Of a stretch of 64,000 nucleotides of DNA, positions 1 through 55,300 are shown piece by piece (the stretch's first letter is position 1; every line of letters begins with the position of its first letter). The notes beneath the pieces were generated by a model that saw only the letters and a program-made list of their open reading frames with translations, did no database searches and had not been told where the DNA came from. Position numbers and translations under genes: made by a program. Source of the DNA: Mytilus californianus (lineage: Eukaryota); NCBI RefSeq assembly GCF_021869535.1, contig NW_026262701.1, forward strand, positions 111,600,001 through 111,664,000. Direction: 5' to 3'.

Positions 1-586
1 GTTTAGACATAAAAACAATCCATGTATACACAATATTCTTAACACTAGATTCAATCTAGAATCTAGAAAGTTCAAAGTTGGTTGTATAATGCCTCAATTT
101 CATCAAAGTCATAAAAAAACTGATTTTCAACTGACACCCTATCAATTTGAAAATATATGTATCTCAAACAATGTGCTGCTGGACCAAGTGTGGTCAAAAC
201 AAATAAAAATTTAGTATACAACTCTAAACCGGTATAAAAATGCATGGCTGTGTCACATGTCTTCATTTCAAAATTCTCTGCTGAAAACATAGGCATTGAT
301 GGTGTTTGCATAATTCCATCTGTGAAGCTCAACATTAGCTCGGCAGTTGGTGGTGGACAGTCATAAATCCTTTCTGCAGAATGAATGACTTCTTCAGGAA
401 AACCAACTTTACAATCAAAACTTTCCTCTAAATTTCTACTACAATATTCATCAAGTTTAGTTCTTTTGTTTTCACAGGAAACTGCCCTGATTTTTCTTTT
501 TGCGGATGATTCAGTCTCTTGCTTGGTCCAGGAAAATAGGCTGGGAATGGCAGTAGACTTAAGTCTCTGAATGGTGGGTTTGCGCC
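1..586 (-). pseudogene. Second transposase exon (THAP C-terminus, linker, HTH), disrupted
   Basis: Acceptor tttttcag at 589-587. RKPTIQRLKSTAIPSLFSW completes THAP. A +1 frameshift in a T7 run and a TAG stop occur downstream. Confidence 0.75.
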
Positions 587-1156
587 CTGAAAAAGGTTAT
601 AAAACATTAGTTTTTTGATAATTAAATGAACTTCCATTAGCAATGTATACTATGTATTACCTGGCGAAATATTAACTAGATTTATTCATTACAATCTGGA
701 TAAACCTATGTTTGCCTGATTCAATGTGTGTTATGTAAATCCAAAGGACAAACAATGAGAGACTTATGCAACAAACGTACATTGTTTGTACCTAAATAAC
801 TATAATATAGATGAGAGCATGTCATTGTTTTGTTCCTGTTAACATTGTCATTGATATTTTTCAAGAAAGTCTATGAGGCATAGCTTATGCATTCCTGTCA
901 TTACTACATAAGCATAATTACTGCTAAAATAATTCTCAGTATGATATACCTCTTGTAAGAAATCATTATAATTGTAGCAATCACCAAAAAATCTCAAACA
1001 GATCACATTGAATCGTAATCCAAAAAATTATGACGTCTTGAATTAACCACCCCCTTTTATTCTAAAACGATAATTGCGGTTGTAAACAGACTTTGGTTTA
1101 TTCGCATGGCGATTACATATGTAACTATATATTTCAAAAAGAAAATAGAGTTTTAC

Positions 1157-1368
1157 CATGAATAGTTTCCTGCACGTAGTCTTTTTCAGTAAAATGTGCC
1201 TTGCAAACAACAGCTGATTGAGATGGACTCCACGATTTCATCGTGTTCTCGTCCAATCTGCGTATGGGCCATGGCGTTGATCCAACTTTTCCTTCTTTTT
1301 AAGGCATTTGGAAATGCATGTCCTCCTCTTAAATGACATCCAGGTACACAACAACAAGTACTTGGCAT
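1157..1368 (-). pseudogene. THAP zinc-finger exon of the transposase, frameshifted by a 7-bp insertion
   Basis: MPSTCCCVPGC...W, then after the frameshift RRLDENTMKSWSPSQSAVVCKAHFTEKDY (THAP C..C..W..VC..HF pattern). GT donor at 1156-1155. Confidence 0.8.
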
Positions 1369-1956
1369 CGTTAATTATAAATGTAACTGAAATAGTTGCA
1401 CAGTGCAGAAACCGGAAGTTGATGAACAGGATCGGCTACCACGGCGCCACCTATATGCCTATTCAGGAACGATAATTTGCTACTTTATATGACTGCGAAA
1501 TAACAATAACGTTAGACGGGTTCACGTGCATAAACAGAAATGCGCTTTAAATTGTATAATATAATTCATGTTCAGTCGACCTTTAATTATTATATCAACG
1601 ACTGAAATGATTTATAAACATATAGATTGCAGTTAACACTCGAAATTAACCCAAGCTCTTTCCACACGGCATTCAAATAATTCTAGTTTGTCAATCGGTT
1701 GACTGCTTATAATGCAAAATACAAATATATCAAAAGTTTTTAAAACTAACAAAACACAATGATCGTTTCTCTATTTCCCAATGTAAATGAAATGAAACAA
1801 AAAACATTTTATATCGCAATAAGAAGAGGAGAGAATTCAACATTTCCGGATCTACTTGGAGCCTAACGACCCCCCACGTAGATAAGTTGGATATCGCGGA
1901 AGGAAGGATTAACCCGGCAACTAGAAAGGCATTAAAGCACTGCCTTTAAAAATTAC

Positions 1957-44991
<43,035 letters not shown>

Positions 44992-45000
44992 TTTTAGGTT

Positions 45001-45028
45001 GTGGCGGGAGATTAGTTTCACGTTTAAA
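45001..45028. promoter_or_regulatory. E2F-type site (TGGCGGGA) and nearby TTTAAA CHR-like element next to the POLE start
   Basis: gtggcgggag at 45001-45010, about 10 nt upstream of the ATG; E2F control of replication genes is established. Confidence 0.6.
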
Positions 45029-45419
45029 AAAAACGAATTCCCACATTACAAATTTACTGTGATTAAAGACATGATCTATACTAGTTTTTTCTAATCTAAA
45101 TTAAACAAATAAGAATATTCAGCAATATGAGTATAGTCTTTAAAATCATAGGTTATTTAACAACAAATTTCTTTTTGCCTAAAATTTTGTAAAATCAATA
45201 ATCCATGTTAAGACCAGAGAAACTCGAACAGACGAAAAACTAAAAATGTCACTAGGAAAAATATCAAAATTTTCAAGGTTTTTTTCTAAATCCAAGAAGT
45301 GTTTTTATTTTATTTACGATTTAATGTCACAAAAGCATTATTTCATCTCATATTAGGCGAAGTTGTGATTTCCTTGTCAAGATGATGATGCCTTTATAAT
45401 CATGTTTATTATGTATAGG

Positions 45420-45720
45420 ACCTGGAGATCAATCTTCTGATATCTCTCCGGATTGTCTGTTTCCGCCGAGTGGCCCGGTGGTTCTCTCCGAGTACCTCGG
45501 CTTCCTCCACCATAATAACAGACTTCCCGGTGTCCTAGCACTCCCTTTCTGTTGGGTGGGGATTGATTGTCCTTGTAAAAAATTGTCGTAGTTTTACGTT
45601 AGTGACACATCTCCATTAATCCCGATAGGGAGTGTACATGGATGTCACTGTACCCTCGCAGTTTTCGAGGGGTTCTTCGGATAATGGAGGCATTTACCAG
45701 TACATACATACATACATACG
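45420..45720 (+). mobile_element. SINE-like element, 5'-truncated, with (CATA)n tail
   Basis: Central ggtggttctctccgagtacctcggcttcctccacca motif typical of invertebrate SINE cores; catacatacatacata tail. Confidence 0.6.
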
Positions 45721-46057
45721 TATGGTCAGATCAGATATGTTTTCGTACGTCAGAAGACTCATATGAATTCGTACTATGCATGCTTTTTCAATGGAAATTG
45801 TGACATCGCAATGCATTCTTAATAGCACGAAAATCCATGAGACGAGGATATATAGCCTGATAGTTTGTAGTTGTTATAACTTATAAGACGACTTTCGAAT
45901 TCATGCACTTTCCCTGGTTAATTCCTTGTGTCATAATGCTAATAATATTACGTCATAGTTGGAACAGATTGTTTGATGACGTTGTTTATGCCAATTGACC
46001 TCAACCGGTGTAACTTTTTCATTAAAAACGAACTCAAGATTGGTGTATCAGGTGAAG

Positions 46058-46260
46058 TGCACATGCACAAATGATGCAGGCATTTGTCTCTGAATTTTTT
46101 TTTACCTATATACTTTAATATAACATAAGGTACTAAACTCACATAATTGAGAAATGTTACCCAGTCGAAAAACTTCCGTTATATTTCGATTCTGCGGTTG
46201 TTTACCCCACTGAAACTTGTAATGTCGTAAATCTACATTAAATTATCTACAAAATGGTGT
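46058..46260 (+). promoter_or_regulatory. MRPL40 core promoter motifs: NRF1-like tgcacatgcaca, ETS/GABP acttccg, YY1-like caaaATGG
   Basis: Motif matches by eye upstream of the predicted ATG; typical of nuclear-encoded mitochondrial genes. Confidence 0.45.
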
Positions 46261-46370
46261 ATAACAAGCCTACTTCCATTTGTTACAGGCCTTCAAAGTA
46301 TGTCAACCGTAATTATTTCGTCTTTGTAAAGTATATAAGGTAAAAAAAAAAATTCAGAGACAAGTGCCTG
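46077..46370. repeat. 41/44-bp inverted repeat flanking a 209-bp spacer
   Basis: 46077-46117 is the reverse complement of 46327-46370, with 1 substitution and 3 single-base A indels. Confidence 0.85.
46254..46339 (+). CDS. MRPL40: MRPL40 exon 1 (predicted targeting peptide)
   Basis: MVYNKPTSICYRPSKYVNRNYFVFVKYI(R): basic, no acidic residues, phase-2 donor fits exon 2; no sequence homology support. Confidence 0.65.
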
Positions 46371-49300
46371 TGGTTAAGAGGTCATTCAGAAAGCTAAAGT
46401 ATCTGGATACCTGGTTCAGTGTGACGATCTTAGTCAAACAACTTCTTTTGTCACCTCGTGTTATTTAAACCATGTTATTCCTTATAATTAAACTTTACCT
46501 GTATACTTGTGCAAAAAGTTTTATTTTTTATTTTTCTGCATTCCTTACAAAGTAGACTCATAATTAAACGAGTTGTTGTATAAGCTTTAAATAACGAATA
46601 CATAATATGTTGTATCATCGTGAAGTGAAAATTGACAACGGTTATTTTTGTAATATTATTGCGAAAATTGTGATGCAATAGGTTTTGCAAAAACAAAAAC
46701 TCTCATTTTAAATTATAATAGCACAACTTGCATCCTGCATTTCTTGAAAATGCAATAATTAATCTCACAATTTTGTCTATTGTAAAAAAAAATGCAATAA
46801 TAATTGCACTCAAAGATTCCTGAATTAACAGTATAAAAAATCTCTGGCAGAGAAAATTTGACAAACACAAGTCAGTGACACTGCAAAAAACTTGAGGCTC
46901 ACAAATGTAAAAACATAGATTCCACCACCTCAACAAAATGATGGACGAACAAAAAGTGAAAATTAAAGTGTGCAAAAAGACTAAATTCAGTTAAACTTAG
47001 TGTAAAATGTTGTGTCTACTATGTGTCACAAAATAAAACCCAAATTTACCGGTACATAGGGTAAATAATACTTTTGTTTGCATTTTAATTGTACTTTGTA
47101 AAATTAAGTGTGTTCCTGTGTTAGAGCTGTCAATGCATGTATTTGGTTTTGGCTTTGATAAACATGATAAACAATTTTCAAATACAATTTTCTATGTTAA
47201 ATTTTTATAATACAAAGTGTAATAATATTTTCCAGGTTATGTTGTTCCTGTGGAGTAACCAGACAATTCCATACAAATTCTAATCCACTTTTGTTTTACA
47301 CCACTCCAAACCTCAGGTCAGTAGAATACTTTACAAAAAGTTCTGAATGTGACATATTCTGCCTATATGATATGATAGAATAATCAACAGAAAAAATATT
47401 CAGTCACATTGGTGGTAGTTAAATTTTAACATACAGTGTATAGATTCCTCAGGCTTTTACTTAATTGCCTATTTATACATTTCCTCATATCAATCGTATT
47501 ACTGTAAATGTGGATATTTTTGCACGGGGGTCAATTTCATTTATTATGCATTGACTTTAATGATGCGAAAATATACCCATCCCCCTGAAAAATCAAAAGT
47601 TCAAGGAGAAGAGACAACACCATTACCTCAAAAAGACAGAGACCAACAACAGTCCACTGAACACTACACAGGAACGGTATAAAAAAGTAGGCCTGTTAAC
47701 TCTGGTGCCCTAAAAGGGTTGTAGCTTTATAATCCACAACGGCAAGGAATCAAGTAAAATAGATATATATCTTTAAAAAAAAACAAAGTGATTTATTGAG
47801 TTTTTGTTTTCATATGAATTGAAATGTTCAATTGATTTAATCTAAATTGTAGGACGGACGCAAATAATAAAAGCTGTTAATTTTATGTAAATATATATTG
47901 AACTAATTATATAATGAAAACAGCCTTATCGGAATTCCAATGGGGACTAACTGTGCACCACTTATTGCGGACCTTTTTTTGTATTGCTATGAGTTACAAT
48001 TTATGACAAAAATCAGTAAAGACCCATCGAAACAACATCTGATACACAAATTTAATAATACTTTTAGATATTTGGATGATATTTTGGCTCTCAATAATGA
48101 CGACTTCAGTATGTATACTAAAGAAATTTATCCTGTTGAACTTACTTTAAATAAAGCTAATACTAACAATGACCACTGCCCTTTCCTCGATCTTGATATC
48201 TATATCATTAACGGAAAGCTTAATACTAAAATATATGATAAAAGAGATGATTTTTCATTTCCTATCGTTAATTATCCATTTTTAGATGGTGACGTTCCCT
48301 TGTCACCATCTTACGGTGTTTATATATCTCAACTTGTACGATTCGCTCGTGTATGTAACAATTTTTTAGATTTTAACGAGAGAAATTTATGTATTTCTGA
48401 AAAATTATTGCACCAGGGTTTTCGATATCACAAACTAGTCAAAACATTTACTAAATTTTATCATCGGTATAAGGACATCATTCGTAAATATAGCTCAACA
48501 TGCAGACTTCTTATACGTTCAGGTATTTCACATCCAATTTTTTATGGAAATATTCTTTATAAAGCACAAAAATGTCAGTATTCTCCTCTGAAACTAACAA
48601 AACCTTTAAATAGACTTATTAAGAAGGGATATAGTTACGATACTGTTGTCAGGTCATTAAAGATTGCATATTTTGGCGTTAATATTGATTCACTTATAGG
48701 GTCTTTGCATCGGCACTAAACACATTTATTTAAAAACCAGTTGTTGGCATGACACAGGTTATGTTCTTCTCATATATGTTATGATGGTATGATACTAAAC
48801 CCCTAACGGGAAGGATTGTGCCTGATATTCATATGATGAAGACATAATCTTTCAATCAGTTTAATTGAAGTCTGGAGCTGGCATGTCAGTTAACTGCTAG
48901 TAGTCTGTTGTTATTTATGTATTATTGTCATTTTGTTTATTTTCTTTGGTTACATCTTCTGACATCAGACTCAGACTTCTCTTGAACTGAATTTTAATGT
49001 GCGTATTGTTATGCGTTTACTTTTCTACATTGGCTAGAGGTATAGGGGGAGGGTTGAGATCTCATAAACATGTTTAACCCCGCCGCATTTTTGCGCCTGT
49101 CCCAAGTCAGGAGCCTCTAGCCTTTGTTAGTCTTGTATTATTTTTAATTTTAGTTTCTTGTGTACAATTTGGAGTTTAGTATGGCGTTCATTATCACTGA
49201 ACTAGTATATATATTTGTTTAGGGGCCAGCTGAAGGACGCCTCCGGGTGCGGGAATTTCTCGTTGCATTGAAGACCTGTTGGTGGCCTTCTGCTGTTGTC

Positions 49301-52300
49301 TGTTCTGTGGTCGGGTTGTTGTCTCTTTGACACATTCCCCATTTCCATTCTCAATTTTATTTATTAATGTAGATGCCAAGATCTGAATTGTAAGGCTGGA
49401 CAATTGAAATCTGAGCATTTTATTATGATCAGAATTGTTGAGCTGAACCAGTAAAAATGTTTATTTCCTGGTGTTGTTATAATTAGCCTGAATCAACTAA
49501 ATCTGATTATTTTGTGTTTACCTGAATTGTAGAGATTAATGTGAGAAAATTGTTTATTTTATGTAAATCTGAATTGTAGTGCTGAACCTATGAAAAGAAG
49601 GAAAAAAGTTGATCTTTCAAAAGTAATACAATCTACTCAACTGAAAATAAGAAAAATGGAAAGAGAAATGAGAAAAAGAGAAGAGAAATTTGGAAGAACT
49701 CTCAAGCCAGTTGAAGAAATTACAGGCAACATTGCACTAAGGAGAAATAGAGAGTAAGTCTGTTAGTTATAATGTAAATTAGATTCCTGTTTTATGTGGT
49801 ATATATTATACTCTTAATAGTAGTACGAGGTATACAATGCATAAGAGTAAATGGAAGATGTGAGGTATACATTTAAGTGTGACAGCAACACAACAACACA
49901 AATAACAAAAAATAATCTTATGTTTTAATATTCATTTACAGTAGAACCTTGATTTTATTTTGCCCCCAAGATTTGTTCTATTGTGTATAGCAGTTACAGT
50001 CTAGATTTTACACTACAGGATTTAGATAACCTGTAAAAACATCCATGGTCATGTGATAATAGTCCATTTGCCAATTACCGATTTGATTCTGTTATATCTC
50101 ACTTTTTATGCCCAAACTAGGGGCATTATGTTTTTCGGTCTGTGAGTCTGTTCGTTTGTCCGTCTTTCCCGCTTCAGGTTAAAGTTTTTGGTCAAGGTAG
50201 TTTTTTATGAAGTTGAATTCCAATCAACTTGAAACTTAGTACACATGTTCCCTATGATATGATCTTTCTAATTTTAATGCCAAATTAGAGTTTTGACCCC
50301 AATTTCACGGTCCACTGAACATAGAAAATAATAGTGCGAGTGGGGAATCTGTGTACTATGGACACATTCTTGTTAAACTTCTTTTTTTTTTTTTTATTAC
50401 TTTCCTTTGTCAATCGTAAACTGATAAAACCATGATAAGTTGAAAGTGATATATCAGTGTTTTAACAAATTTTTAGTGAAAAATAACTTCTGGTATCAAA
50501 AGTATTTAGCTTAACAACAAATTAAATTTAATTAAAAGATTTGAAAAACTTAAAGGCTACACACATTACACACAGATAAATTTGCTCTTTCCGCTAGTTC
50601 TCCATTGTCAATAAAAATTTATGTCTCTCCTAAGGGAGACAACTAAAAAAGGGATCTCTAATTACAGGGTCAATTACGGGAATTGGCAACACACTATTGT
50701 CTTAAAAATCAATGGTCTTATATTTTTTGGTGTCCCAAAAATCCATTGTCTTGTAGTTATAGGTATTCCAACAATCCATGGTAAATAGTTATTATTTTCC
50801 AAAATTCAACGGTCTTGTAGAAATTGGTGTTCTAAAAATCCATGGTCATATTGGTGTTCTAAAAATCCATGGTCATATTGGTGTTCTAAAAATCCATGGT
50901 CTTGTAGTTATTGGTATTCCAAAATCCATGGTGTTGTAGATATTGGGGTTCAGCAAAATCCATGGTGTTGTAGATATTGGGGTTCAGCAAAATCCATGGT
51001 GTTGTAGATATTGGGGTTAGGCAAAATCTATGGTATTGTATATGTAGATATTGGGGTTCAGCAAAATCCATGGTATTGTTGCTATTGGTGTTCAGCAAAA
51101 TCCATGGTGTTGTAGATATTGGTATTCAGCAAAATCCATGGTATTGTAGATATTGGGGTTCAGCAAAATCCATGGTGTTGTAGATATTGGGGTTCAGCAA
51201 AATCCATGGTATTGTTGCTATTGGTGTTCAGCAAAATCCATGGTGTTGTAGATATTGGGGTTCAGCAAAATCCATGGTGTTGTAGATATTGGGGTTCAGC
51301 AAAATCCATGGTGTTGTAGATATTGGGGTTCAGCAAAATTCATGGTATTGTTGCTATTGGTGTTCAGTTAATCCAAGGTCTTGCAGTTATTTGTGTTCCA
51401 AAAAATGAAGATGTTCTTTACAGGCTTTCTAGGGTTTGATTCCTTCTTCTGTACCATTTTTCAGATAAGGTTAATGTAATTGTTTTGTGAGGTTAAATGA
51501 TAAAGTTGTCTTTTGTTCATTACTGTGGATGAATGTCAAGCAACCCCTATTAACTTAGAATGAGCTGCCTATGTACGGTAACTGACTAATTTTTATCACA
51601 TTTAATATAGAAATAAGGAGATGTGGTATGATTGCCAATGAGACAACTATCCACCAAAGTTCAAATGAAGTGGATGTAAGCAATTATAGGCAACCATACG
51701 GCCTTCAAAAATGAGTAAAACCCATATCGTATGGTCAGCTATAAAAGGCCCCGAAATGAAAAATATGAAACAATTCAATTGAGAAAACTAACGGCCTAAT
51801 TTGAAACAAAACAGTATACTAAAAACAAATATGACAGACATGAACCAACGACAACCACTGAACAGCAGGCTCCTGACTTGAGACAGGCACATAAAGAATG
51901 TTGCGGGGTTGAACATGTTTATGAGTGCTCAACCCTCCCCCTGTCCTGTGACAGTGGTGTAACAGTTCAACATAAGAACAAACTATACAAATCAGTTGAA
52001 AAAGGCTTAACTCATCAGATGGATACAAATAGAACTACATCTAACAAAAACACAGAGTGGACGTGGACAGGTACTTATACATCCCAAAAACAAAAAGACA
52101 CCAAGTACAGATCTGAGAGTACTCGTAGTTACTGACAGCTAATTCAAAGCCATTAGTTTGTTTTAATTCATTTTCTTTTAACAAATTCACTGAAGTCCTG
52201 CAGTAATTGTGTAAATTGATGAAATCTGCTTTCTTCTTTGGTCACTGATCCATCAAGGCCATTCAATTATCTAATAAAGAGATTTTTTTTTCTAAGTTGG

Positions 52301-55300
52301 CAATAAATGTTGAAATAATAATACTTTTAATTTATTTATATGTTTTAAAAAACCATTTGTTTATGCTAATAGGTAAAAAAAAAATATATCCACTTATTTT
52401 TCTTCTCACTAAGAAGAATACCCTTCCCAAAACTTTTGGATTTTAATTGTAGAAACAGGTAGAAATGTCAAGTCAGAGCAGGGCTATAACCGTAATAAAA
52501 TGCTCCGCTGGGCGCAGCTTGATACGACCGCAGAGGTCGAACCCTGAACAGTTGGGGCAAATATGGACACAACATTCAAGCTTGATACAGCTCTGAATTT
52601 GGATTGTGATTAAATATTTGACACAGAATGAATGTGGTCTATGAACTTAAAATTTTTTAATTTACCTATTATGGTTCAATAATTTAATTTTGGATGTAAC
52701 GCGTCTTCTGATTGGCTGACGTTGTTTTGTTTATCAGCTCATAGACATAATTTTGTCATGTGACCGTGACGTCATCAACGTTTTTTCATGGTTTACTACG
52801 ATTTAAAATGGAATTTAGAATTAAATTATAAGAAATGACTGTAATATTTTTTCTGTCTATTCGAAATAACATAAAAAATGTGGTGCACACTTTAAAATAA
52901 CCGGCTACACGGGTTATTCAGTATGCACCACATTTTTTATGTTATTTCTTCATAGACAGAAAAAATATTACAGTCATTCCTTAAATATCCAAAATCTAAA
53001 TACATAGTTAGATTCAGTATATCAAAGAATCCAAAGAATTCAATTTTTGATGAAATCAAACAAAGTTTAATTTTGGACCCTTTTGACCTCAATGTGGACT
53101 CATTTGATAACCGGGCCCAAAAATCGAAATACATGGTTAGATTCAGCATATCAAAGAACCCCATATATTCAATTTTTGTTGAAATCAAACAAAGTTTAAT
53201 TTTGGACCCCAATTTGGACCAACTTGAAAACTGGGCCCAAAATCAAAAATCTAAACACATGTTTAGATTCAGCATATCAAAGAACCCCAAGAATTCAATT
53301 TTTGTTAAAATCAAACTAAGTTTAATTTTGGACCCTTTGGACCTTAATGTAGACAAATTTAAAAAACGGGACCCAAAATTAAAAATCTAAATACACGGTT
53401 AGATTTGGCATATCAAAGAACCCCAATAATTCAATTTTTGATGAAATAAAACAAAGTTTAATTTTGGACCCTTTTGACCTCAATATGAACCAATTTGATA
53501 GCGGGGCCCACAAATAAAAAATCTAAATACATGGTTAGATTCAGCATATCAAAGAACCCCATATATTCAATTTTTGTTGAAATCAAACAAAGTTTAATTT
53601 TGGACCCCAATTTGGACCAACTTGAAAACTGGGCCCAAAATCAAAAATCTAAATACATGTTTAGATTCAGCATATCAAAGAACCCCATATATTCAATTTT
53701 TGTTAAAATCAAACTAAGTTTAATTTTGGACCCTTTGGACCTTAATGTAGACCAATTTGAAAACTGGACCCAAAAATTTAAAATCTAAATACACGGTCAG
53801 ATTTGGCATAACAAATAAATAAATGTGGTCAAAGATTTTACAAATCTAATGCGCCATACTGTGCAATTAAAGATTACTTCTTGAAATTTTTCAATATTTG
53901 AAATTGCAACCATAATTACCCATTTAAATTTACCATAGTGCTAACTTAATCTATTTTATAATAGAATTTAAAATATGGTGTCAAATCTTTCATATGGATT
54001 TTTTTGTAAAAAAAAAAAAGTGCAACATGTGCAGATATTTTTACTGGTCTTCCTTTATAAATATGCATTTCTTTAAACATAATTTAAAAGCAGTGTAAGG
54101 GAAGTAATCAAAACGTTGTATGTGGATTACCTCCCTTCCACTGTTTTTAATTGTCTTAATTGTTCATTAACCATTACTTTATACATAATTTAAAAGCAGT
54201 GTAAGGGAGGTAATTCAAATGATATATTTGATTTATCTCCCCTACACTGCTTTAAATTATGTTTTGTACTAAAGTATTTGTCCATATAAAAATGCTTGTT
54301 TTTTGCCCTTTCTTGGCCCCTAATTCCTAAAATTTTGAGGCAATTACCCCTCAATCCCAGCATTCCCTTTGTGATATGGAACCTTGTGGTACAATGTCAG
54401 AGAGATCCATACACTAACACACAAGTTATGTCTGGAAGTTACAAAAATGCTTATTTTTGGCCCCTTTTTGGCCCCTAATTCCTTAACTGTTGGTACCATA
54501 ACCCCTAAAATCAATCCCAACCTTCCTTTTGTGGTATTGAACCTTATGGTAAAATTTCATAGAGATCCATTCACTTAAACTAAAGTTAGAGTGCGAAAAC
54601 CAATGTGTCTTCGGACGACGACACCGGACAACGACGCCAACATCATACCAATATACGATCGCAAAATTTTTTTGCGGTCGTATAATAAAACGAGTAGTCA
54701 GGACTCATGAATGCAAGCTTCACCCATTTATTGCCACCAAGATCTTTTTGTAAACGAGTAGTCAGGACTCATGAATTCAAGCTTCACCCATTTATTGCCA
54801 CCAAGATCTGTTTTCATTTGAAGTTCATACTATGACTCATCTGACATTATATCCCTGTCTCAGTGCCAATATGACAATAAGTAATCAAAATTCCGTATGT
54901 TCTAACGTTTTGTAATGGATACCATAATGTCTGTTTCATAGAACTTTCCCATTGTCATCAGTGGGTCAATATTTTCTAATGTACAAGCTTCCAATTTGCA
55001 ACATTTATCCTAATGATTAAACATACCAAAGAAAACAAGAGGGATTGTTAAAAAACCAAAGAGTAGAGAGCAAAATTTAATGGTGAAGCTAAGAAATTCT
55101 GATCAAGTCTTAACTAGTGACCCCTAAATCTTATTCTTTTTTATTTCCAGTAAATTAAGAAGAGAATTTGAACCATTAGAAATAGAGGAAATAGAAAGGA
55201 GAGCTCTTTTAGTAAAGGAATGGGGACATTATAAAAACCAACAATACCATACAGAGGATAAAGCTTTACAGAAGGCAATACATGTTCAAACTAAAGCTTT

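Larger units (their letters stand above)
1..1945 (-). mobile_element. Defective THAP-domain DNA transposon, copy 1 (runs off the left edge), in POLE intron 41
   Basis: Homology with copy 2 (63141-64000, inverted) begins at TTAA|AGGCAGTG. It encodes a THAP exon and a transposase-like exon (YTGLE...LGPAAH...SVENQFF-MTLMKLR...ELSRF...TWI, resembling the HTH of PIF/Harbinger-ISL2EU transposases). Confidence 0.85.

Noticed and set aside
48825-48880. SECIS or hammerhead ribozyme in the Penelope-like 3' UTR (TGATGA motif, also CTGATGAG at about 52010 on the minus strand)
   Set aside because: No properly spaced AA/GA SECIS geometry, no GAAA core with stems, and no in-frame UGA in the visible ORF.
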